Positions 45,987 to 54,968 of a stretch of DNA of 64,000 nucleotides are shown here, in pieces. A program made the translations under genes and the position numbers. The stretch comes from an uncultured delta proteobacterium (lineage in GTDB: Bacteria > Myxococcota_A > Polyangia > Polyangiales > Polyangiaceae). The stretch's first letter is position 1. Each line of letters opens with the position of its first letter. The stretch is from contig CAWDXG010000004.1 in the NCBI GenBank assembly GCA_963806225.1, forward strand, positions 5,440,001 to 5,504,000, in the 5' to 3' direction. A model generated the notes under the pieces. That model was not told the DNA's origin, ran no database searches, and worked only from the letters and a program-made list of their open reading frames with translations.

Positions 45987-47384
45987 CCCTTGCCCCGTTG
46001 TGCTTCGATGTCCGCGTACAGTTTGTGCAGCAGTGATCCGACCATGGCAAGGCGGTAGTCCGCGGCTGCCGCGGTGGTCGCTGATGGGTGAAAGCTCGGC
46101 GTGTGCGGCCTCGGCCGCCCGCGCCACCGTTGCTTCGTCCCAGCGCGCGCCTTCGAGCACGCGCTCCGCCGCGACCGCGCGGATCGGTGTAGCCGCGACG
46201 CCGCCGTAGCCGAGCCGCGCGCGCTTCACGTTGTCGCCGTCGAAGTCGATCGCGAAGGCGCCCGCGACGGTGGAGATGTCGTCCAGCTCGCGCTTGCTCA
46301 GCTTGTAGAAGCGCATGTGCATGGGCAATGGCAGCGGGATGCGTATCCGCGCGATCAGCTCGCCCGTGCCGAGCGCGGTTTTCCGGTAGCCCGTGAAGAA
46401 CTCCGCGAGCGGCACGCTGCGCTCGCCGCCCGCGCCCGCTATCACGACCTCCGCGTCGAGTGCGAGCAGCGCTGGAGCTCCATCGCCGATGGGCGACGCC
46501 GTGGCCAGGTTGCCACCGAAAGTGGCGCGATTGCGGATCAGCCGCGACGAGAATAGCGGCAGGAGCTGCTCCAGCATCGGGAGCTTCCCGGCGACACGAT
46601 CTTCGACTTCTGCGAGCGGCACGCCCGCGCCAATATCCAGAGCGTCGTCGCGCCACTCGAAGCGATGCAGCTCCTCGACGGCCTCGAGCGACACGATGGT
46701 GTCGAAGCGGCTGTGCTTCTGGTTCACGTCCACAACCACGTCGGTGCCGCCCGCGACGAGCTGGGCCTTCGGCTCCTTCGCCAAGAGGCCCAGCGTCTGG
46801 GTGAGCGTGGTCGGGCGGAAGAAGCGGCGGCCGTCGCTCGCGTACTCGACGCTCTTGAGCTCGGGCGGGTCTTTATGGAGGCGCTTCGCGAACGCGTCGT
46901 CCGCCGCGGGCTTCCCGAGCCCTGTCGCCGCGTCGCGGATCGGCCGGTAGCCGGTGCAGCGGCATAGGTTGCCGCCGATCGATTCTGCGTTGAAGCCCTC
47001 GCGCCCGGGCCGGTAGTACTCGGCGAACAGGCTGACCACGAAGCCGGGCGTGCAGTAGCCGCACTGCGAGCCGCCCTGCTCGACCATGGCCTGCTGCACC
47101 GGGTGGAGCTTGTCGCCCTCTGCGATGCCTTCCACCGTCACCACTTCCTGGTCGGCCACGGCCGGCAGCAGCACCAGACAGCTGTTGATGGGCTCGTAGC
47201 GCGTCGAGCCGTCGGCGTGCCGCCGCACGATCGCCACTGCGCAGGCGCCGCACTCGCCCTCGGCGCAGCCTTCCTTGGTGCCGGTCATGCCGCGTTCGCG
47301 GAGGAATGCCAGCAGGGTCGTGTTCGGGTCGACGCCCTCGGCGGAGATGCGCTCGCCGTTCAGCGTGAACGAGATCGGTGCCAT
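45983..47384 (-). CDS. xdhA: Xanthine dehydrogenase small subunit, 2x[2Fe-2S] + FAD (frameshift ~46064)
   Basis: GTKEGCAEGECGAC, SQCGYCTPGF, GNLCRCTGY, AGGTD, ASPIGD, DDIS; corrected frame stops in an ATGA overlap with xdhB. Confidence 0.95.
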
Positions 47385-47740
47385 GAGCCCGACGAGCCTA
47401 CCGCGCATCGCGCCGCCCGACGACCCGCCGGACCCCGGCGGAGCCGGAAACGCCCGGCAATCATCGCGGAACGCTGATGGACGCTGGAACGCGCCTGTTC
47501 CGCAAGTTCGGCTCCGTCGCGAAGACTTCGCCGCTCCGCTCGGGGCGTCGTGTTTGAACCTGGCCTACCGTGCTGGCGGACGACCGGGCCTGGCGCCCGC
47601 CGGCGACCGCGGCGCTCGCCGCTCTGCGGTCGTGTGATTCCATGCACTTGGAGCGGGCGTGCAGCTTGCGGCGGGGATGCGGTGGGGATGCGGCGGCGCG
47701 AGCTTCGCGTCGGCCCGTACGCGAGCGGATGCGCGTCGCC

Positions 47741-48169
47741 CTATTCGGCTGCCCGGCGCGCTGCCTGGCGCACGGCCGCGCCCACCGCGCCTTCGAACGC
47801 CGTATAGTCCGAGTACGTCTTCAGCAGACCGCCGGTCATCATGTTGACGATGGCGATCGCCATGGCGACGAACTTCGAGCCGATGTACACGTTGGCGGAC
47901 CGCGTGTTCGGTTTCAGCGCTTCGTGCCACGCCGTCATGCGTTCACGGAAAGCGGGGTGGTACCCGTTCATTTCCCGTGTGTCGAAGAACAGGTCGAGTT
48001 GCATGCGGCGTTCGACACTCGGCGCGACGGCGCGTTCGAATTGCGGCACCAGGTCAGCGTGCATCCTTCCTTTCAGTCGGAAGACGAAGACTCCGGGCGC
48101 CGGCACGTCGAACTCGACACGGCCATTTCCTGCCTCGGGGTTCTGAGCCCCACTCCCGTGCCCCTCCAT
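47741..48169 (-). CDS. STAS/SEC14-like small protein
   Basis: VFVFRLKG.M, LFFDTREMNGY...FRERMTAW, SKFVAMAI pattern of myxobacterial STAS-like proteins. Confidence 0.65.
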   Translation of the reverse strand: MEGHGSGAQNPEAGNGRVEFDVPAPGVFVFRLKGRMHADLVPQFERAVAPSVERRMQLDLFFDTREMNGYHPAFRERMTAWHEALKPNTRSANVYIGSKFVAMAIAIVNMMTGGLLKTYSDYTAFEGAVGAAVRQAARRAAE

Positions 48170-48225
48170 GGCTCGTTAGTATCACCGGGAAGTGCGCCGC
48201 GTGACAATAGTTACTTGGCGCATCA

Positions 48226-48249
48226 TCCATCACCCCTAGGGATGATGGA
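48226..48249. promoter_or_regulatory. 24-bp near-perfect palindrome (candidate operator)
   Basis: TCCATCACCCCTAGGGATGATGGA: 11 of 12 pairs match; in a divergent intergenic region. Confidence 0.55.
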
Positions 48250-48440
48250 CAACTGCAAAATTCCTGGTTTCCCTGTTGGGAAGACGCGGTGCGCCATGTG
48301 AGGTCTGCAGAAACCCGTACGGCTCGTGGCGTCGCCGCCGACACCCCAGAAGACACCTGACAGCGGACTGCTCCGGCTCGTTCTGGCTCTGCCACACGCT
48401 CGAGCTCCCCGGCGGCTGACGCCGTCCGGTCGTCCTGCTC

Positions 48441-48466
48441 GATATCCAACATGCCTGATGGATATC
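48441..48466. promoter_or_regulatory. Inverted repeat, candidate upstream activator sequence
   Basis: GATATCCA-N10-TGGATATC, centred about 95 bp upstream of the predicted sigma54 start site. Confidence 0.55.
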
Positions 48467-48522
48467 AGACAGCTCGCGCCCGCCGATGGCTGCGGATCCC
48501 GCGCGATCTGGCGGCTGTCCGC

Positions 48523-48538
48523 TGGCACGCATCTCGCT
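48523..48538 (+). promoter_or_regulatory. sigma54 -24/-12 promoter
   Basis: TGGCACGCATCTCGCT, one mismatch to TGGCACG-N4-TTGCW; GGAGG RBS before ATG 48604. Confidence 0.75.
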
Positions 48539-48603
48539 AGGTGGATCCGCCGCGACGTTGCTTCCAGGAGTGGCCTGGAGGCGCGGCTCGGAGGACCACG
48601 CTC

Positions 48604-49617
48604 ATGAGCACCCGACTTCGTTTCATGTTGACCCGCCTGCGCCACGCGGCCGCCGGTGCGGCGTCCTTGCTTCTCGTTGCGGCAGTGAGTTCCGCCGACA
48701 CGGCACCGCCGCCCAGAGCCCTCTCCACAGGAAGCTACCAGAAAGGTACTCTGGAAATTCAGCTGAACCGCGGGGCGGCGCAACCGCTCGAGCTGACGGT
48801 GACGCCAACGCCCGACAACTGCAAAGGTCACATCGACCTGAAATTGAACTGGGACGAGCAAAAGAACAGCGTGACCGTCGAGATGCACGGCAAGGACGTT
48901 CTGGAACCCTATCCCACGGTACACAGGACGGAGGGGGTCGACTACTTCCCGAACAAGTTCTTCAAGCAGACCAAGGACGTGGTGGGCGGTCGCTATCAGC
49001 TGTGGCTTGTTACCAACGGGCGTCTGCTCAACTTCTACTACGACCCCACCACGCTCGATCTGCTTGGCAGCGAGCTCGATTTCCCGACGCCTCCACCGAA
49101 TGCGATACCGATTTCGTTCCCCACGCTGCGGCTGTTCCCGACGCCGTTCTTCGAGCCGAAGGCAAACGGCGATCTCGACTTCAAATGGACGTTCGCCTAC
49201 GACCATGCGGTCCGCGGCGATCGTCCCGACCTGACGGAGATGTACGTGACATTTCCGCCGCCGAATCTCTGCGGCGTGAACCCGTACCGCATCGATCTCT
49301 CGACGCTCAGACCCTATGTCTCGAAGCCGCTTCCGGCCAAGGACGCACCGAGCTTCAGCGAGTACCTGCGCGGCGGGATGCTGTTCGACATCACCACCGA
49401 GCCGCCGCAGTACTTCATGGAACCCCCGACGGCGACGCTGATCGCCACCTACAGCCAGGCGACCGCAGTGGGCGGCGGCGTCCCGCGCGGCTGGACGTTC
49501 GACATCGATGCCTCGTTCGGGAACGTCAATCCGCCCATCCGACCGTGGCCGGGAGCGGGTAGCTGCACCCAATACACCGATCCCGTCCACACCAAGGGCC
49601 TGAACTTCTGCCAGTGA
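48604..49617 (+). CDS. Secreted hypothetical protein, partner of diheme enzyme
   Basis: Signal peptide (AVSSA), Pro/aromatic-rich mature part with 4 Cys; 10 bp from the next gene with GAGGAG RBS. Confidence 0.8.
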   Translation: MSTRLRFMLTRLRHAAAGAASLLLVAAVSSADTAPPPRALSTGSYQKGTLEIQLNRGAAQPLELTVTPTPDNCKGHIDLKLNWDEQKNSVTVEMHGKDVLEPYPTVHRTEGVDYFPNKFFKQTKDVVGGRYQLWLVTNGRLLNFYYDPTTLDLLGSELDFPTPPPNAIPISFPTLRLFPTPFFEPKANGDLDFKWTFAYDHAVRGDRPDLTEMYVTFPPPNLCGVNPYRIDLSTLRPYVSKPLPAKDAPSFSEYLRGGMLFDITTEPPQYFMEPPTATLIATYSQATAVGGGVPRGWTFDIDASFGNVNPPIRPWPGAGSCTQYTDPVHTKGLNFCQ

Positions 49618-49627
49618 GGAGACAGTC

Positions 49628-51022
49628 ATGAACACGAACGACACCTTGATCGTTTCGGCACTCCTCGCCTGCATGACGTTGGGCGCCGCGGCGGGTTGCG
49701 CGAGGGGCGCGAATGACAGCGAGGACATCGGCGCGGCCGCACAGCCCCAGAGAGGCCTCCGCCACCACAACGTCGACACCGGAAGCTACAATCTCCATCT
49801 CGAGCCCAGGCTGCGCTTCAAGCCACTGTCGCCCGGTGCCAACGCCGACAACGGGCGCGCGCTGTTTGGACTCTCGGCGACCGACGACAACACCGAGGAC
49901 AAGACGCACGCGCTGTTTTTCGGCTTCTCGGCGGTCGCGCAGAAGACGATCACTCCGAATTCGAGAACCTGCTTCAGCTGCCACCGCGGCGCAGCGAACA
50001 ACTTCGGTATGGGGTCGACGTTCCCGCTCTCGTCACGGATAGCCGGCAACGACGCGCTCTTCACCGGGCTCGAGGCCGACACGGCAGGCGACCCGGACGG
50101 CATGCACAACCTGGACCAATTCGGCTTGGTCCGCATCCGCCCGAACCGCTTCAACCCCCAGCGGCCGGAGAGCGATCCTTTCAGAAAGGTCCTCACGTGG
50201 CGGAAGACGCCCCAGCTCATCAACATCGCGTTCGCCCAGTCGTTCCTGGTAGACGGGCGCGGACGCGTGCTGTTCGAGGCAGACCGTGGCGCCATCTTCG
50301 CCCACACGCAGGGCGGCGACGATCGCTTCGACGACCTGTTTTCGCTGTCCCAGGAAGCCGACATGGAAGCGTTCCAATTTGGCCTGGTGAGCGACCCGCG
50401 CCTGCTTGCCCTGCGGGACCCCAACGACCCGCTCCACGACACGCTGGCTCATGACCCCTTCTACACCGTGCCCGTCCACACGCTGGCCCAGAAGCGCGGA
50501 CAAGAGGTCTTCAAGACCAGCTGCATGACCTGCCACAGCACGCCGAACGTCTTCAACAACCTGGACAACGTTGAAGCGCTCGGTCCGGACCAGGCGCTAC
50601 GGCCGGTCAACTACCCCGCGTTCGCTCCGAGCACGGGGCGCTCCTTCGACATCGGCGTCGCGGAGCAAAACGCCCACCACCTGCGTTTCACCTCCCCCGA
50701 CGGGAACGGCGGATTCGAGACCGTAGTCCTCCCCCTGGCCAGGGACGACGGCTCGACCGCGATGCTGCCGGTAACGTTCGACGTCGGACTGGCTGCGACG
50801 ACGGCGCGCTACGACGACGTCGGTCGGTTCAAGGTTCCGCAGCTGAGGGATGTGAAGGACAACGCGCCCTATTTCCACGACAACTCGGCGGCGACGCTCG
50901 ACGCCGTCATCAACTACTTCAATAGCGACCAGTACAACCAGTCGAAGGACGGCCGTCGCTACCCCATCCACCTGAGCGCGCAGCAGCGCTCCGACCTACG
51001 CGCTTTCCTCGAAGTCCTTTGA
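49628..51022 (+). CDS. Diheme cytochrome c peroxidase/MauG superfamily lipoprotein
   Basis: AAAG-C lipobox, NSRTCFSCH and CMTCH, RKTPQLINIA, DGR, GRFKVPQLR...APYFHDNSAATL, DLRAFL. Confidence 0.9.
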   Translation: MNTNDTLIVSALLACMTLGAAAGCARGANDSEDIGAAAQPQRGLRHHNVDTGSYNLHLEPRLRFKPLSPGANADNGRALFGLSATDDNTEDKTHALFFGFSAVAQKTITPNSRTCFSCHRGAANNFGMGSTFPLSSRIAGNDALFTGLEADTAGDPDGMHNLDQFGLVRIRPNRFNPQRPESDPFRKVLTWRKTPQLINIAFAQSFLVDGRGRVLFEADRGAIFAHTQGGDDRFDDLFSLSQEADMEAFQFGLVSDPRLLALRDPNDPLHDTLAHDPFYTVPVHTLAQKRGQEVFKTSCMTCHSTPNVFNNLDNVEALGPDQALRPVNYPAFAPSTGRSFDIGVAEQNAHHLRFTSPDGNGGFETVVLPLARDDGSTAMLPVTFDVGLAATTARYDDVGRFKVPQLRDVKDNAPYFHDNSAATLDAVINYFNSDQYNQSKDGRRYPIHLSAQQRSDLRAFLEVL

Positions 51023-51130
51023 CCCGGGACGGCACGCGGCGCTCCGTCCCTGACGGAAGCGCCGCGTGCGTTTCGCGCTTGCGTTTCACAGCACGGTGCG
51101 CGACAAGGTACTCCGGACGAAGGGGAACCC

Positions 51131-51670
51131 ATGCGATTGGAGAAAGGCAGCCGGGCACCTGATTGTGGCGCAACCAGCTTGCGCGGCGAGAGTATCCGGC
51201 TGTCGGCGGAGTGGTCGCAGGGGCCGCTCTGGCTCGCGTTCTTCCGGTTCGCGGCGTGCCCACTGTGCAACCTGCGCGTGCACGAAATGATCGAGCAATG
51301 GAGCCGCTTCGACGGCAAGCTCAGGCTGATTGCCGTGTTCCAGTCGCCGGCTTCGCGGCTGGAAGAGTTCGTCGCCACGCAGGACCCGCCGTTCACCTTG
51401 ATCGCGGATCCGGAGATGGCGCTCTACGCCGAGTACGCGGTCGAGGTGTCGTTCATGAAGGCCCTGTCCGCGCAGGTAGCGCGGAGGACAGTTCAGGCGA
51501 AACGCAAGGGGTTCCGGGTAATCCCTCCGATGGATGGCCCGACCTTCCGCGTGCCGGCCGACTTCCTGATCGAGCGCGGCTTTGTCAAGGTCGCGCACTA
51601 TGGCAAGAACCTCTCGGACCACATCCCGTTCGAGACCGTCGAGCGTTTTCTGGGCTCCCCAGCAAGTTAG
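51131..51670 (+). CDS. AhpC/TSA-like redoxin (CxxC)
   Basis: GSRAPD, FFRFAACPLCNLR, LIADPE..LY, VPADFLI, HYGK..SDH. Confidence 0.88.
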   Translation: MRLEKGSRAPDCGATSLRGESIRLSAEWSQGPLWLAFFRFAACPLCNLRVHEMIEQWSRFDGKLRLIAVFQSPASRLEEFVATQDPPFTLIADPEMALYAEYAVEVSFMKALSAQVARRTVQAKRKGFRVIPPMDGPTFRVPADFLIERGFVKVAHYGKNLSDHIPFETVERFLGSPAS

Positions 51671-51822
51671 GTTCGAGCTTTCCTGGTTTCGAAGGAAATC
51701 CGGCCGCTCGCGGCTGCCGCCCGTATTCCGCAGAGCGTGTTCCATCGGGATGTAGGCCGAGGTGGCATGGTGCCCAGGGTCTTCACTCCGGGCAGCAGCT
51801 GATGTAGTCATCGTAGCGCAAG

Positions 51823-53205
51823 GTGAATCGGGTACTCGTCGCCGGAGGGCATTCCGTCAGGGAACAGGTCGTCGACCAGCTCCGGCGTCGCGGGCACGAA
51901 TCTGCGGCGGCGGACGGAGGCGCGGACTGCGTGCGTCGGTTCACGCGCGACGGGGCCGACCTCATCGTCGCCTGTCTGCCCGTGCCGGGGTCGAACGGCC
52001 TGGAGCTGCTTGAATCGCTGCGCTGCGCGGATCGCTCGGTGCCGATCGTCGTGTGCGGAAGCGACGCCGCGCTGGACGGCGCGGCACAGGCGTACGAGCA
52101 CGGGGCGTTCGAGTACGTTCAGGATCCGGTAAAGGACATCCACGACCTGCTCTCCGCGGTGGGCGTAGCGCTCGGGTCGCGGCGCGGCGACGCCCAGTTC
52201 CGTTACCTCATGGAGAAGGATGCAGACCAGGCCCGGTGGGACGCGTTCATCGGCACATCGCCGTCGATGCAGGAGGTCTACCGCGTGGTGCGCCTGCTCT
52301 GCGACCGCAGTTCGCGTGGAGGCGCTCCTACCGTGCTCATCACGGGCGAAACCGGCACGGGCAAGGGCATGCTGGCGAAGTGCATCCACTACAACGGCGG
52401 GCGCCGCACCAAGGCGTTCGTCGAGGTGAACTGCGCCAGCATCCCCGGCAATCTGCTGGAGTCCGAACTCTTCGGCCACGAGCGGGGCGCCTTTACGGAC
52501 GCCCACGCCTCGCGTGCGGGCCTGTTCGAGACGGCAGATCGCGGCACCCTGTTTCTCGATGAGATAGGCAGTGTGCCGATGCCGCTGCAAGCCAAGCTGC
52601 TCACGGCAATCGAGGAGAAACGTATCCGCCGTTTGGGCGCGCGGCAGTCGAAGGTTGTGGACGTCCAGATCGTCGCGGCGACGCACGTCGACCTCAAGAA
52701 GGCGGTGCGCGACCACGCCTTCCGCGCTGATCTGTACCATCGGCTCAATGTGGTCGTGGTGCGCATGCCTGCGCTCAGGGAGCGTGGCAACGACAGGCTG
52801 CTTCTCGCCGAGTCCTTCCTTGCCCGCACCTGCGCCGAGTACGGCCTTCACCCGCGCTCGTTCAGCAAGGCGGCGCGGCGCCACCTGCTCGAGTACCATT
52901 GGCCGGGCAATGTGCGCGAGCTGAAGAACCAGATCGAGCGCATCGTACTTTTGCACAACGACGAGGAGATCGACGTCGAGCACTTCGAGGCAGGGCGCTC
53001 GAGTCTGCCGCCCGAGCCGAATGACTTCCTTTTGTCGCTGCCGGAAGACGGGGTCGCGCTCGACGACATCGAGCGCGAGGCGATCCGCCGCGCCCTCCAG
53101 CGCACGAGCGGCAACGTCTCTCGCGCGGCCCGCTTTTTGCGGGTGACGCGGCAGACGTTGATCTACCGCATGAGAAAGCACGGGCTCGAAGCGACGAGCG
53201 CCTAG
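51823..53205 (+). CDS. sigma54-dependent enhancer-binding protein with degenerate receiver domain
   Basis: GETGTGK, ESELFGHERGAFTDA, LFLDEIG, FRADLYHRL, WPGNVREL, Fis-type HTH; receiver lacks its catalytic residues. Confidence 0.93.
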   Translation: MNRVLVAGGHSVREQVVDQLRRRGHESAAADGGADCVRRFTRDGADLIVACLPVPGSNGLELLESLRCADRSVPIVVCGSDAALDGAAQAYEHGAFEYVQDPVKDIHDLLSAVGVALGSRRGDAQFRYLMEKDADQARWDAFIGTSPSMQEVYRVVRLLCDRSSRGGAPTVLITGETGTGKGMLAKCIHYNGGRRTKAFVEVNCASIPGNLLESELFGHERGAFTDAHASRAGLFETADRGTLFLDEIGSVPMPLQAKLLTAIEEKRIRRLGARQSKVVDVQIVAATHVDLKKAVRDHAFRADLYHRLNVVVVRMPALRERGNDRLLLAESFLARTCAEYGLHPRSFSKAARRHLLEYHWPGNVRELKNQIERIVLLHNDEEIDVEHFEAGRSSLPPEPNDFLLSLPEDGVALDDIEREAIRRALQRTSGNVSRAARFLRVTRQTLIYRMRKHGLEATSA

Positions 53206-53298
53206 GACGTGTTGTGGACGGTCCTCTTCGAGCAGGATCTCCGGGCCACTCGCTCCCGGCGAATAGGCTTGCCCTCGCGGAGCAGGCCCTGCCAGCGA

Positions 53299-54162
53299 TC
53301 ACGCGCCGCTGTCCGGTCCCGGCAGCTTCGCCGCCGCTTCCGGCGTGAGCTCGCCGCCGAGCACGCGGGCGAGACGCGGGTCGTCCAGTGCACGCATGTG
53401 TGCCGCCTTGTGGCCGTGGCGGATGGCAACAAGCTCGGCGACGATGCTGACGGCAATCTCCTCCGGGCTGACGGCGCCGATGTCGAGGCCGACCGGGGAG
53501 TAGACGCGCTCGAGCGCGGGCAGCCCGCGGCGCGCGTGGATGCGTTGCAGCACGCGGTACACCTTGCGGCGGCTGCCTATCATTCCGATGTAGCGGTGCG
53601 GCAGCCGCGCGAACGTATCCAGCGCCTCTTCGTCGAGGCGGTGGTCGTGCGTCACGATGAGCAGCCAGTCGGTGCCCTGCGGGTCGACCTGCTTGGCCGC
53701 TTCGCCCGGTTCGGCCTGGACCAGCTTGCAACCGGGAAAACGCTCGGCGGTGTTCAGCTCCTCGCGGTCATCCACGATGGTGACCTCGAAGCCGACGCTC
53801 CGGGCCAGGGCGGCCGTGGGCCGGGCCACGTGTCCGGCTCCGAACACCACCAGCCTCTGCACCGCCTCGATCGGTTCCACGAAAACCTCCATGCGTCCGC
53901 CGCAGCACATTCCGAGATCGCGGCCCAGGTCGTGGACGACCAGCTCGCGGCGGCCGTCGACGCGGCAGGTCCGCAGATCCTCGATCACCGCCTGTTCGAT
54001 GGCGCCCCCGCCCACCGTACCGACGATGCTGTCGTCCGGCATCAAGAGCAGCCGCGCGCCCGCGATCTGCGGCGTGGAGCCGCCGGTGCGTACGACCGTT
54101 GCCAACGCACCGCGGCGTCCGCTCTCCAGAACCCGCAGGATGGCTTCGCTGATGTCCCGCAT
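53299..54162 (-). CDS. xdhC: Xanthine dehydrogenase accessory factor XdhC/CoxI
   Basis: GSTPQ..GA, GTVGGG.IE, LGMCCGG, VFGAGHVA, VTHDH.LD, YIGMIGS, SPVGLDIGA..PEEIAVSI. Confidence 0.93.
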   Translation of the reverse strand: MRDISEAILRVLESGRRGALATVVRTGGSTPQIAGARLLLMPDDSIVGTVGGGAIEQAVIEDLRTCRVDGRRELVVHDLGRDLGMCCGGRMEVFVEPIEAVQRLVVFGAGHVARPTAALARSVGFEVTIVDDREELNTAERFPGCKLVQAEPGEAAKQVDPQGTDWLLIVTHDHRLDEEALDTFARLPHRYIGMIGSRRKVYRVLQRIHARRGLPALERVYSPVGLDIGAVSPEEIAVSIVAELVAIRHGHKAAHMRALDDPRLARVLGGELTPEAAAKLPGPDSGA

Positions 54163-54251
54163 CGGGCGATCATACTGCGGATTTAGGCAGAGCGCCTGCC
54201 CGCGCTGGGGATTCCGGTCGAGACGGCGGAGCTTCCCCTTCGTCTCGCGCG

Positions 54252-54836
54252 CTACTCCTTGATCTGCGATAGCGCGACGTGGACGGGGCGGTCCTTGGAC
54301 GCAGGCCAATTGATGAACAGGCTGGCGCGGTTGCCGTCGCGGTGGATGCGCATCTTCATGGTGCGGCCCTTCTTCAGCCGGAACACGAAGTCCGCGTCTT
54401 TGCCGGGCTTGATCGAGTCGAAGTAGTCGGCGTTCGATTTCGGAAGGCCGTCCTTGTCCGAGATGCTCTTGATGTCGCCGTCGCAGTGCACCTTGATCCA
54501 CTCGCGGACGATCTTCATGTAGCAGTCGTGCGCCTGCGAGTTCGCGCCCTGCGTGTTCACCTCTGCGGCGGCGCCCCACTCGGCGACGGTCGGCGGCTTG
54601 GAGCGCCCCTCCGGGATCGGGGGAACGCCGCGCTCGTCCACGGCGGGAGCAGCGGCGCGTGTTCCGGTTGGCGCCGCGCTGGACGCCGCAGCGGGCACCG
54701 CCGCGCTCGCCTGCGGGGTCGCTGCCGGTGCGGTCGCGGGCGGTGCCGGCACGGGGTCCGGCGCTTTCTTCTTCTTGCAGGCGATGAGGGCGAATAGCAC
54801 CAGCCCCAGCCCCAGTGACGAGGTCTTCAGGTTCAT
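54252..54836 (-). CDS. Lipoprotein with Pro/Ala linker, unknown function
   Basis: GAGGAGG RBS; LIA-CKKKK lipobox; C-terminal domain PPTVAEW...CYMKIVREWIKVHC. Confidence 0.8.
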   Translation of the reverse strand: MNLKTSSLGLGLVLFALIACKKKKAPDPVPAPPATAPAATPQASAAVPAAASSAAPTGTRAAAPAVDERGVPPIPEGRSKPPTVAEWGAAAEVNTQGANSQAHDCYMKIVREWIKVHCDGDIKSISDKDGLPKSNADYFDSIKPGKDADFVFRLKKGRTMKMRIHRDGNRASLFINWPASKDRPVHVALSQIKE

Positions 54837-54968
54837 TGGGGTTTCCTCCTCGCGGATCGTTACAGGGCAACCCCATCGGGCACAAGCCAGCCTGCCGGAC
54901 AACGGCGCGACAGCCTTGCGCAGCAATTTCGAGGTGCACTCCAGCGCGAGCCGGGCGACGCTCGCAGC

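Noticed and set aside
43923..47408. Apparent 1161-aa XdhA-XdhB fusion resembling eukaryotic single-chain xanthine oxidoreductase
   Set aside because: One extra base at ~46064 causes the read-through; the corrected xdhA ends ...SADYRLAMVGSLLHKLYADIEAQRGKG* in an ATGA overlap with xdhB.
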